DNA from: an uncultured Spirochaetaceae bacterium | GTDB lineage: Bacteria > Spirochaetota > Spirochaetia > Sphaerochaetales > Sphaerochaetaceae | DNA length: 64,000 nucleotides | Direction of reading: 5' to 3' | Assembly (NCBI GenBank): GCA_945910645.1 | Contig: CAMDZB010000001.1 | Location: 67,180-131,179, forward strand | In this document: one piece after another, positions 40,269 to 49,434 of the stretch | Layout: each line of letters opens with the position of its first letter | How positions within the stretch are numbered: position 1 is the stretch's first letter | Notes under the pieces: model-generated | What the model was told of the DNA's origin: nothing | The model's database searches: none | Seen by the model: only the letters and a program-made list of their open reading frames with translations | Made by a program: the position numbers and the translations under genes

Positions 40269-41150
40269 ATGCCAATTACAGTCGAACGTGAAAAATGGAT
40301 TTTATATAAACATACTTGCAACTATGAGATGATTAAAGCGGTAGCTTTGGACGTGAAGAATAGTTGTAAAAGCGATATTTCAGATTTGGAACGGCATAGA
40401 ATGCAAGAACGTCTTGCCGCTTTGGATTTGTATCGCACGAGAAATCCGAAAGAACATCCGTTAGACTCTATAAACCATAGAATCAACACGCTTGAATTTT
40501 GGATGTTCGGTTACGAAGATAATACTAATGGAGACAAGAAGTTTATTTTCAGCCCCTTGGGTAACTTGTTTTTCAATTATTGACGGATCCAAGATTGGAA
40601 GGTAAATTATACAATTATGAAGAAGAACTGATATTACCGTTCGTTAACAGAGTTACGCCCGAAGCCTACGAACAAATCGTAAATCAAATCTTATCTGTTC
40701 GTAACGCGGAAGACGACGATATTATAAGAACGTTTAAGTCCGACGAACATACTTACGTAAACACCGTATACGAATGGGAGTATTATACTCAAACGTTGTT
40801 GGCGCAGGTTGGTATAATTAACAAAGTCGAAGGAGATACGCTTTGTAAACTTTACCACCCTTCAAAACCTACTAGCAAAAGTTTGCCTACGGGAAGACGA
40901 GCGACAAAGGATATATTGCTCTTAAAGACGAGTGCGTTACGTTCCCGCTACGAAGTGAGATATAAAAGAAACGCCTATCGTTATCATTTTGGCGAACACA
41001 TTCGCCGAATACTTGTATAACAATATCTTCCACGAAGTAAGAGATATCAAATATGCGGATTTCGATAATATTATCATAAACAATTTGAGAACGGATATAA
41101 GCGGACTTATATCGAATATGACGCTTGAAAAGTTTGCCACCAATAGTTAA
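40269..41150 (+). pseudogene. Twice-frameshifted gene upstream of vsr (possible decayed restriction endonuclease)
   Basis: Three consecutive open segments are found: phase A 40269-40583, phase B about 40580-41020, and phase A again about 40959-41150. Segments overlap at their ends and there are no intergenic gaps. The last stop (41148) lies 5 nt before the vsr ATG. The function is inferred from context only. Confidence 0.45.
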
Positions 41151-41155
41151 TCTTT

Positions 41156-41539
41156 ATGTCGGATATCTTTGAACCTAAAAAACGATCCGCTATTATGAGC
41201 AAGGTTCGGTCAAAAGGTAATAAATCGACCGAATTAAGGCTTATCAAATATTTTAAGGAGAACAATATGCACGGATGGCGTCGTGGTTATAAGGTTAAAG
41301 GACATCCCGATTTTGTTTTTCTTGATTATAAGATTGCTATTTTTGTTGACGGATGCTTTTGGCACGGTCACGACTGTCGCAATACTCGTCCGTCCGAAAA
41401 CGCAGATTTTTGGCAAAAGAAACGAGAACGTAATATGCTTCATGATCGGGAGATAACCGCATTGTTTGAAGCGAGAGGTTGGACAGTAATTCGCATTTGG
41501 GAATGCGAATTGAGAAAGAAAAATTACGAGTATCAATGA
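41156..41539 (+). CDS. vsr: Very short patch repair endonuclease
   Basis: The sequence RSAIMSKVRSKGNKSTELRL...GHPDFVFLDYKIAIFVDGCFWHGHDC...IRIWECE matches the Vsr signature. Confidence 0.92.
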   Translation: MSDIFEPKKRSAIMSKVRSKGNKSTELRLIKYFKENNMHGWRRGYKVKGHPDFVFLDYKIAIFVDGCFWHGHDCRNTRPSENADFWQKKRERNMLHDREITALFEARGWTVIRIWECELRKKNYEYQ

Positions 41540-41596
41540 ACGAGAATAAAAGAAACTATGGAAGCAGAATTATAAACCTTAATCGGAGATGGAATT

Positions 41597-42649
41597 ATGC
41601 CTTTTGAAGTTGTAGATTTGTTTTGTGGCGTCGGCGGACTTACTTGCGGTATGAAGCAAGCGGGTTTTAATGTCGTCGCGGGTTTTGATAATGATAAAAC
41701 CTGCGAGTACGCCTATTCTTTTAACAATCAAACTAATTTTATATGTAGGAATATTCGCGAAGTCGAAGCGCGGGACATTGATAATTGTTATAGTGAGGGC
41801 GCGGATAAAATATTGGTCGGTTGCGCTCCTTGTCAACCTTTTTCAACAATGAGTTATAAACGCTTCAAGTCGTCTTCGCGTGAATTGGACGGAAAATACG
41901 ATTTATTAAAAGAATTTGGGCGTTTAATAAAAGGCGTTTCACCTTCTATTGTCTCTATGGAAAACGTCCCTGAAATTCGTAATTCTGGCGTTTTTGAAGA
42001 TTTTATAAAAACGTTACAAGACGAAGGATATTATACGGACGGAGGACAAGTCGTTTATTGTCCCGATTATGGGATCCCTCAAAATAGGCATAGATTTATT
42101 CTATTAGCGTCGAAATATGGCGAAATTCATTTGCTTCCTCCGACTCATAAAAGGAAAGACGTAACGGTTCGTCCGTTTATTGAAAAATTGCCCCCTATTT
42201 CCGCCGGTGAAACGTGTCAATCAGATCGTCTCCATAGAACGGCAACTCTTTCCCCTATCAATTTGCGTAGAATTCAAGCATCTGTGCCGGGCGGGACTTG
42301 GAAAGATTGGCCGGAAGAATTGAGATGTAAGTGTCATAAAAAGGATACGGGACAAACATATACGTCGGTCTATGGGCGTATGTCGTGGGATAAAATTGGT
42401 CCAACGATGACGACGCAGTTTTTCTGTTATGGGACAGGTCGTTATGGGCATCCTGAACAAGACAGAGCGTTATCATTACGGGAAGGCGCATTGTTACAAA
42501 CTTTTCCACAAGACTATGAGTTTTTCCCGCCTGAAGAACAGGAATATAGTATGCGCGACGTGGCAAGGCACATCGGTAATGCCGTACCCGTTAGATTAGG
42601 TGAAATCATAGGTGAAAGTATTAGCAGACATATTAACGATATGAGGTAA
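41597..42649 (+). CDS. dcm: DNA (cytosine-5)-methyltransferase
   Basis: The motifs are I (DLFCGVGGLTCG), IV (GCAPCQPFS), VI (SMENVPE), VIII (QNRHRFILLA) and X (GNAVPVRLG). Confidence 0.93.
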   Translation: MPFEVVDLFCGVGGLTCGMKQAGFNVVAGFDNDKTCEYAYSFNNQTNFICRNIREVEARDIDNCYSEGADKILVGCAPCQPFSTMSYKRFKSSSRELDGKYDLLKEFGRLIKGVSPSIVSMENVPEIRNSGVFEDFIKTLQDEGYYTDGGQVVYCPDYGIPQNRHRFILLASKYGEIHLLPPTHKRKDVTVRPFIEKLPPISAGETCQSDRLHRTATLSPINLRRIQASVPGGTWKDWPEELRCKCHKKDTGQTYTSVYGRMSWDKIGPTMTTQFFCYGTGRYGHPEQDRALSLREGALLQTFPQDYEFFPPEEQEYSMRDVARHIGNAVPVRLGEIIGESISRHINDMR

Positions 42650-42652
42650 TAT

Positions 42653-44320
42653 ATGAATATGAACGAAGAAAGTCTTCAACTTAAATTTGATCCCCGTACT
42701 ATTGAGCATTTGGGAATAAAAATGTATTCTCAATTACCATACGCTTTAGCCGAATTGGTGGCAAACGCTTATGATGCTGGCGCTTCTAACGTGATTATAA
42801 ATCTCAATGATAAGGAATCAGACTCCAAGAGCATTGTAATTAGCGACGACGGAGACGGAATGTCGTATGAAGAAGTTAGAGATAATTTTTTAGTAATCGG
42901 TAGAAAGCGTAGAGATACTGACGAGAGCAGAACTAATTCTAAAGGTAGAAAGATCACAGGCAAAAAAGGTTTGGGTAAACTTGCGCTTTTTGGAATCGGA
43001 AAAACAATTACGATTGAAACGACAAAAGCGGGAGAAAGTCAAAAAACCGTCTTTATGCTTGATTGGGATAGTATTCTTAACGAACCTTCGGGTGTATATC
43101 ACCCGACAGAAAATAGAGTGGATAAGGAGAATATCAACGAAAAAGGGACGAAAATTATATTGTCAAGATTATCAAGAGTAACTGATTTTGATTTAATGGC
43201 AACGGCTATTTCGTTATCAAAACTTTTTAATTGTTTTGATTTGGATTTTAATATTAAAATAGCGAAAAACGACGATGAGCCAATTCTTTTAACAAGGGAA
43301 ATGAAGTATAACGAAATAGAAAAAGAGTTTGAATGGGACATTCAAGAAATTGTTTCGGAATTGAAAGCGGATTACAAATATAAAACGGAATTAAAGGGCA
43401 CTATTATTTCTTCAAAGAAACCGATGAGGCAGGATTTAAGAGGCATTATTCTTTATGTAAACGGTCGTCTTGCTAATATACCGGGATTCTTTGGAGTGTC
43501 CGAAGCCGGACATACTTTTTCTTATATTTCTGGCTGGATAGATGCCGATTATCTTGATGAATTTGATAAAGATTTGATATCCACCGATAGACAGTCAATA
43601 AGTTGGGATTTACCGGAAGCGGAAGAATTGCAAAACTATTTACAAAGTATTGTGCGCTTCTTGGTTAAAGATTGGAGCAGTAAAAGGAAAAAAGCAAAAG
43701 AAGATAATAATACGCAAAAAACGGGAATTAACATTTCGGAATGGTATGACAAAGTCCCCGATTCTGTACGTCCCAAATTAAAGATCGTTATTGATAAAAT
43801 TGCGGACAAGCCCGAGATAGACGATACGGATTTTTCTGCCGTAATACATAACGTATACGATTTAATCCCGCCCTATACTTATTATCACTACCGATTTTTG
43901 CATGAGCAAGTTCAAGACTCCGCGGAAACATATTATAAGGCAAAGAATTATTACGAAGCGTTTCAAGAAGCAATGAAAAGATATAAAAATGCGGTTAAGG
44001 ATAAATCGGGTGTTTCCGGGACTGAAGATCGCGACATCGTATCTAACGCATTTGGAAAAAATGGTGCGCTTAAAACGACGGCAAATTATAAGAACCGTCC
44101 TAATGGACAGCCTTTTGCCAAAAAAACATTAGAAAATATTGAAGAAGGACAACAGTTCTTATCTATGGGTGTCGTATGTGGCGGGAGAAATGTTGTCAGT
44201 CACGAAGAAATCGCAGATTTAAGGGATTCCAAATTGTTTACCGAAAAAGACTGTTTGGATTTATTGAGTTTACTTTCACATCTATTCAAGCGGCTGGATG
44301 AATCTAAGAAAAAAAAATGA
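42653..44320 (+). CDS. GHKL (HATPase_c_3 / MORC-like) ATPase fused to a C-terminal Ymh/TIGR02391-like domain
   Basis: The Bergerat-fold boxes are N (LAELVANAYDAGAS), G1 (ISDDGDGMS) and G2 (GKKGLGKLALFGIG). The C-terminal roughly 130 aa reach the motif CGGRNVVSHEE, which resembles the RNxxxH motif of the Ymh family. The start lies 4 nt after the dcm stop. Confidence 0.7.
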   Translation: MNMNEESLQLKFDPRTIEHLGIKMYSQLPYALAELVANAYDAGASNVIINLNDKESDSKSIVISDDGDGMSYEEVRDNFLVIGRKRRDTDESRTNSKGRKITGKKGLGKLALFGIGKTITIETTKAGESQKTVFMLDWDSILNEPSGVYHPTENRVDKENINEKGTKIILSRLSRVTDFDLMATAISLSKLFNCFDLDFNIKIAKNDDEPILLTREMKYNEIEKEFEWDIQEIVSELKADYKYKTELKGTIISSKKPMRQDLRGIILYVNGRLANIPGFFGVSEAGHTFSYISGWIDADYLDEFDKDLISTDRQSISWDLPEAEELQNYLQSIVRFLVKDWSSKRKKAKEDNNTQKTGINISEWYDKVPDSVRPKLKIVIDKIADKPEIDDTDFSAVIHNVYDLIPPYTYYHYRFLHEQVQDSAETYYKAKNYYEAFQEAMKRYKNAVKDKSGVSGTEDRDIVSNAFGKNGALKTTANYKNRPNGQPFAKKTLENIEEGQQFLSMGVVCGGRNVVSHEEIADLRDSKLFTEKDCLDLLSLLSHLFKRLDESKKKK

Positions 44321-44401
44321 AACAATCAACATATTGGATTCTGATATGAAAATGAAATCGTTTGAATACTATGATATGAATTATAGCCTTTATTCCTTTA
44401 T

Positions 44402-44902
44402 ATGCAACGGTCAAAGACGGGCGGGTTTGAAGTTGTTGATATTCTTAAGGAGAAAGTGGTTAGCAAGCCTTTGTTTAAGATTACCGATTCACAAAAACGA
44501 TGCCGTTACTGTGGGAAAACAGTATCCGAAGTAAGTTTTAATAAAAAAGAACATATTTTCCCAGAATCCATCGGTAATAAACTTTTTATAAGTAAAGGTT
44601 GCGAGTGTTATGATTGCAACAAGTTGTTCGGCGAAAACTATGAAAACGATCTTAATGCTTTTTTGTTCCCTTGTATAGTCTTAAATGGGATTATAGGAAA
44701 GAAAGGTCGTAAGAAGTATAAATCTTTTGATACTACGAGTACCGTCGATTTTTCAAACGATATTTTAACGATTAAAAAGCAAATTGGCAAAGCAAAAATT
44801 AGATTTGATGAGGCAAACAAGCAAATATTTTATGATTTTGATATACAGCCATATTCTTTGGCCAAGGTTTATAAAATATTGCTAACGATGCACTGCGCAT
44901 AA
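44402..44902 (+). CDS. HNH-motif endonuclease-like protein, possibly 3'-truncated
   Basis: The HNH-type pattern is CRYCGKTVSEVSFNKKEHIFPESIGN...CECYDCNKLF (CxxC...H...N...CxxCN). The ORF ends where the convergent hamB remnant begins. No RBS is evident. Confidence 0.55.
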   Translation: MQRSKTGGFEVVDILKEKVVSKPLFKITDSQKRCRYCGKTVSEVSFNKKEHIFPESIGNKLFISKGCECYDCNKLFGENYENDLNAFLFPCIVLNGIIGKKGRKKYKSFDTTSTVDFSNDILTIKKQIGKAKIRFDEANKQIFYDFDIQPYSLAKVYKILLTMHCA

Positions 44903-45740
44903 TTAATTCTGTTGCCTTAGTTTTTTCTGCACTAGTTGGCATTTGAATTGTCGCAGATTTTCCTTTAAATATGTCATTTTCACCTATTAAAATTTGGGAA
45001 GGCCACAATTCTTTTATATCAATTTGAGTCAAAATGGGTTTCCATATTTCTTTGTCAATATTTGTAAATAACAGCATTGTATACCAGGTAGTGTGCAGAT
45101 ATTTCTTTTTTACAACTGCACATAAAATATCGATAAAAAGTAATTCTCTATCAGTACCGTTTTGATAGATTTTTTTTCTTAGATTATCTAAATGCTTAAA
45201 AATATTTGCGGAATTCTCTCCTGTTGAGCAAAATTGGTTCCAAGAAGAAATTATATTATTAATAAATTCGATATAACCATTTTCTTGTATTTCTATTGAA
45301 AAATCATTTTTAGAAAACTCAATAGTAGCAAATCTAATTTATTAGCATCCAAATTTAATTTATACGGATTAAGTTTATCGGCAAGAACTTTGGTGCTTCC
45401 CATATAATCACATAAATAATAAGCCGCACTGCCCATTATTATAATAGTAGTCTCTATTTTCATCTTGTAATTTTGCATTTAAATATGCATCAAAGAACTG
45501 TGCCGAAAATACTAAGTTATCTTTTAATTCATTTAGGGAATCCTTTTCATTATTATCATTATTGCAAAATTTTGCAGAATAATCTCCTAATAAAGCAATA
45601 GTAAGAATAAATAAATCTTTAATTTTTTCTTTATCAATGTGTATACGATTTTCTATAAGAACATCATACTCATACATTTTTGCTTCAGATCTAGTCATGC
45701 CTAACAATTTATTGGAGTTAATTCCTGGTTTAAGCTTCAT
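44889..45740 (-). pseudogene. hamB: hamB (Hachiman helicase) remnant: frameshifted and truncated just after helicase motif I
   Basis: Three open segments lie in different phases: 45740-45408, 45478-45293 and about 45340-44889. The first overlaps the hamA stop by 11 nt. The last segment reads LWPSQ...GKSATIQMPTSAEKTKATELIM, an SF2 helicase motif I with the Gly of GKT replaced (AEKT). No further helicase motifs follow. Confidence 0.55.
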
Positions 45741-46548
45741 TGGCAGCCCTCCGATAAAGCTCGTGAACTAAATTCATCATATTATCACCCTTGACGATTA
45801 TAAGCATTAAATGAGGAATATCTACATGATTTGATGTATCCGATGTTCTTAAAACTTTTTCGTCATATATTTCGTTAGAAAACAATGCTGCTGCTCCATA
45901 CAACATAGTATATGGTCTATCTGATATATTTTCAAAACGTTCTACCTTTTTGGCATTTTCAATATTATTTCTCTCAATATATCTTTGTTTCATTGCATTT
46001 AAAGATTCTGCTATTCGCACATTATCCTTTCGAGAATCATCAATTGCTTTTTGCAATCGATTCTCGGTTGTATTTGTATATGAAGCTTTTGCTTCAATAA
46101 CCGTAAGAATATCCTTATTGGTTTCATTCGAATCAAATAATTTAAATCCAATTATATCTGACCCCATAGGGGATGAATTTCTATTAATTTTATTTGAATA
46201 TCTAGTTCTTGGAACCCAATAGTTCAATATATACTCAAGATAGTCAGATATTAATATTTCACTAAAATCGCCTGCACGGACACTTGGACCAGGTGCAACT
46301 GTTTGATCTGGGAATTTGAGGGTTAACAAATAATCCTTTTTTGACAAACCAGTTCCATTTCTTAAAAGATCTATTATTTCGTCAGAACAATAATGGTTTC
46401 TAAAATGTTTAGCCCAAGCCGACATGGTTTCAGCATCGCTACTATCATAATTAAAAGAAAAAACTTTAATAGGTTTTCCATCTGCGGTAGTAATGTTTTC
46501 TTTTTTTTCTTCAACTAACCATTCTGAAATTTTTTTTTGCCATGTCAT
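45730..46548 (-). CDS. hamA: HamA-like (DUF1837) Hachiman effector, PD-(D/E)xK type
   Basis: The 272-aa product carries GDFSEILISDYLEY, GSDIIGF and LTVIEAKAS (a D...ExK arrangement). A helicase-like gene follows immediately downstream, as in Hachiman. The family assignment is from memory of DUF1837 and has not been searched. Confidence 0.55.
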   Translation of the reverse strand: MTWQKKISEWLVEEKKENITTADGKPIKVFSFNYDSSDAETMSAWAKHFRNHYCSDEIIDLLRNGTGLSKKDYLLTLKFPDQTVAPGPSVRAGDFSEILISDYLEYILNYWVPRTRYSNKINRNSSPMGSDIIGFKLFDSNETNKDILTVIEAKASYTNTTENRLQKAIDDSRKDNVRIAESLNAMKQRYIERNNIENAKKVERFENISDRPYTMLYGAAALFSNEIYDEKVLRTSDTSNHVDIPHLMLIIVKGDNMMNLVHELYRRAANEA

Positions 46549-46664
46549 TATAGAGTTCCTCTACATTATTATATAATAAAATTAATAATAAACATTAGTG
46601 TTGCTATTCTTAACTTTTATTCATTACATTGTGCTAATGACATGGTTAGTATATAATAATTTCT

Positions 46665-47852
46665 ATGGAGAAGGTAAACGATTTGTCGCCCATAATTAAG
46701 TGGGCTGGAGGTAAAGAACAAGAACTAAAGTATATTCTTCCGAATGTACCGGATACTTTTGTTCGCTTTATTGAGCCTTTCGTTGGCGGAGGGGCAGTTT
46801 ATTTCTCCATAGGGAATAAAAATAAGCTCATAAATGACAAATCTGTTGAATTAACAACTTTATACAATAACATAAAGTTTAAAAACAAGGATTTTATAAC
46901 TCGTTTGCAGTCTCTTCAAGATGCTTGGATTGGGTTAGAAAGCATTTTGGATAATAGTATTGATGTTTTTAACACAACTTATTTAAAATATAAAGTTAAT
47001 AAAATTGCAAAAGAAGATTTAATTAAAAATATTGAATTGTTTATAAACGATAATAAAACGGCTTTTAAACAACTATTAAATCCTGAATTACTGAAATATT
47101 ATGACATTTTTGAAAAAGAACTATTGCGTAATATAAGTGCAAAATTAGTTCGCATGAAGGATTTGGAAGAAAAAAAAGGAAATCTTCCGGAAAAAGACAT
47201 TCACGATAATTTTGAATGTGCATTAAAAGGTTCTTTCTATATGTTTATAAGAGCTTTATATAATAAATATGACAATAGCGAATATTTTTATTTTATTCGT
47301 GAATACTGCTATTCTTCTATGTTTCGATATAATTCTAATGGAGAATTTAATGTTCCTTATGGTGGAATTTCTTATAATAGAAAGAACTTTCAAAGAAAAA
47401 TTGACTATATAAAATCCAAAGAACTTCAGTCTCATTTTGCAAATACAGACATATACAATCTCGATTTTGAAGAATTTTTGGACAAAATTAAACTTACAAA
47501 GAATGATTTTATATTTTTAGATCCCCCATATGATACTGATTTTAGCAGTTATGTAAATAATACTTTTGACAAACAAGATCAGGAACGCTTGGCAAATTAT
47601 TTAATCAATAAATGTCCGGCAAAATTTATGCTTGTAATTAAAAATACAGAATTTATTTCGAATTTGTATAGCAGTAAAGGACTATACATAACAAGTTTTG
47701 ATAAAACATATATGGTTAATTTCAATGGTCGCAATAATAGGGATTGTGAGCACTTGTTAATTACAAATTATCCTATTGGCGAAGAAGTTAAGAAAATAAG
47801 TAATGTTGCAGTTCTTAAACAAAATAAGGAAAAGCAACTGCAATATGCATAG
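46665..47852 (+). CDS. Dam-family (D12 class, alpha-type) N6-adenine DNA methyltransferase with a large internal insertion
   Basis: The motifs are IIKWAGGKEQEL, motif I (IEPFVGGGAVYF) and motif IV (FLDPPYDT). At 395 aa it is longer than the roughly 280 aa of canonical Dam. Confidence 0.85.
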   Translation: MEKVNDLSPIIKWAGGKEQELKYILPNVPDTFVRFIEPFVGGGAVYFSIGNKNKLINDKSVELTTLYNNIKFKNKDFITRLQSLQDAWIGLESILDNSIDVFNTTYLKYKVNKIAKEDLIKNIELFINDNKTAFKQLLNPELLKYYDIFEKELLRNISAKLVRMKDLEEKKGNLPEKDIHDNFECALKGSFYMFIRALYNKYDNSEYFYFIREYCYSSMFRYNSNGEFNVPYGGISYNRKNFQRKIDYIKSKELQSHFANTDIYNLDFEEFLDKIKLTKNDFIFLDPPYDTDFSSYVNNTFDKQDQERLANYLINKCPAKFMLVIKNTEFISNLYSSKGLYITSFDKTYMVNFNGRNNRDCEHLLITNYPIGEEVKKISNVAVLKQNKEKQLQYA

Positions 47853-47862
47853 GCAATTGGCT

Positions 47863-48524
47863 ATGAAAGGTAAAATTACTGAAATTATAGAACAAGAGTA
47901 TCTTAAAATGTTAAAATCTATATAATTAGATTTTAAAAGATTTTTTGTGAAAAAAACACAATTTCTTATTGGACGCTTTGAATATAGATACAAAAATAGG
48001 TCTAGTGTTTGGCAGTAGTTTTGTATCAAAAGTTGTAAATGCTATGTAAAGAGTGGCATTAGAAATATCACGTTTAAAATATGGTGAAGAGAATGTACCA
48101 TATATAATATTCATAAAATGAAGGAAATTTAGGATGCAAACCTCCAAAAAAATGTAGCTTAAATATTACAGAGTTAAAAACCTTATTAATCAAGTTACCT
48201 AAAAATATTATAAAAAATGATCTTGATTTGGTGTTTTATGATAGGAAAAATTGACATTTGTTAGAAATAAAAGTTAATGGAGATTTAGAGATTTCCAATG
48301 CAAGAGATAAGATAAGAAAATTATTCAAATCATATGTAGCTTTAAATTCAAATAATACAAAGATTTATTTTGCAATATACTATCATAAAACAGGTAGTGG
48401 AAAATGGAAAGAATCAATGAAAAAATTCCTACAATATCCTGATATGGTTTTAATAGATTCAGAATTTTGGGAAAAGATTTTACCAGAGAATATTTCATTT
48501 GATGAATTTAAAATATCTATCTAA
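47863..48524 (+). pseudogene. Decayed paralogue of the downstream PD-ExK restriction endonuclease
   Basis: The pieces align with the 48589 protein. MKGKITEIIEQEYLKMLKSI* matches MKDRIFQIVEEEFSSLVTRIQ. GLVFGSSFVSKVVNAM*RVALEISRLKYGEENVPYII matches HMVFVSSFESKSGNSIQKVAKEVAKLRYGAENVPQIV. DLDLVFYDRKN*HLLEIKVNGD matches VDLAFWDGDELNIMEIKAGGN. In-frame stops occur at 47923, 48047 and about 48252, together with frame changes. Confidence 0.8.
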
Positions 48525-48588
48525 AAGTAATGAAAAAAATTAAAATCACCAGTATAATTAATGATTTAAAAATATATGTGAGGAATAA

Positions 48589-49434
48589 ATGAAAGATAGA
48601 ATATTTCAAATCGTAGAAGAAGAGTTTTCATCACTAGTTACAAGAATTCAAAGTGACTTTGTAAGCAATTTCAAAGCGAAGCAAAACAATTTTTTGTTAA
48701 AAGAATTGGACACAATGATGTCTGCCCATATGGTTTTCGTGAGTAGTTTTGAGTCAAAGAGTGGTAACTCAATACAGAAAGTTGCTAAAGAAGTTGCAAA
48801 ATTAAGATATGGAGCAGAAAATGTTCCTCAGATAGTTAATCCTCATAACTTAGAACATAATGTTCAAAACCCAAATGAACATGAACAAATAATTGTTTCA
48901 AATATCGATATGGGCAACTCTCAATTACAAGGAAGGATTACTGAATTTATGACAAGATGTGAAGGTGATAGTAAAAGAAAAATTTGTTGTTCCGTAAATC
49001 ATGAAACTATTTTGGAATTATTAGAACAACCTTTACCAATAACAAATGAAATTCATACCAAGCCCGTTGATTTAGCTTTTTGGGATGGCGATGAATTAAA
49101 TATTATGGAAATTAAAGCTGGAGGCAATCTCGATAGCAGTAATGCTCCATCAAATGCTAAAAAGTTATTAACAATTTATACCGGCTTAAATTATAGAAAA
49201 ACAAGACCATATTTTGCAACTATTTACCACAAAGACGGTGAAGGTAGAACTTGGTCTGGTTCTATCAAAAAATATTTGCAGTATCCACATATGTTTTTAG
49301 TGGGTTCTGCTTTCTGGAATAAAATTTTACCTAGTGGTATTGATTTTAATGATTTTACTAAGATTTATAACGAAGCAATGAGTCAAATAAATTTGAACGA
49401 AAAATTAAATGAGATGATTAGAAGTTGCTCATAG
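48589..49434 (+). CDS. Type II restriction endonuclease-like PD-ExK protein
   Basis: The 281-aa product has the catalytic-type arrangement PVDLAFWDGD...IMEIKAGG. It is flanked by two DNA methyltransferase genes and preceded by an RBS (GAGGA). The specificity and family name are not determinable here. Confidence 0.65.
   Translation: MKDRIFQIVEEEFSSLVTRIQSDFVSNFKAKQNNFLLKELDTMMSAHMVFVSSFESKSGNSIQKVAKEVAKLRYGAENVPQIVNPHNLEHNVQNPNEHEQIIVSNIDMGNSQLQGRITEFMTRCEGDSKRKICCSVNHETILELLEQPLPITNEIHTKPVDLAFWDGDELNIMEIKAGGNLDSSNAPSNAKKLLTIYTGLNYRKTRPYFATIYHKDGEGRTWSGSIKKYLQYPHMFLVGSAFWNKILPSGIDFNDFTKIYNEAMSQINLNEKLNEMIRSCS

Noticed and set aside
40269-41150. Programmed ribosomal frameshifting as an explanation for the three-phase gene.
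   Set aside because: Two shifts in opposite directions would be required. No slippery heptamer or stimulatory structure was seen at either junction, so decay is more parsimonious.
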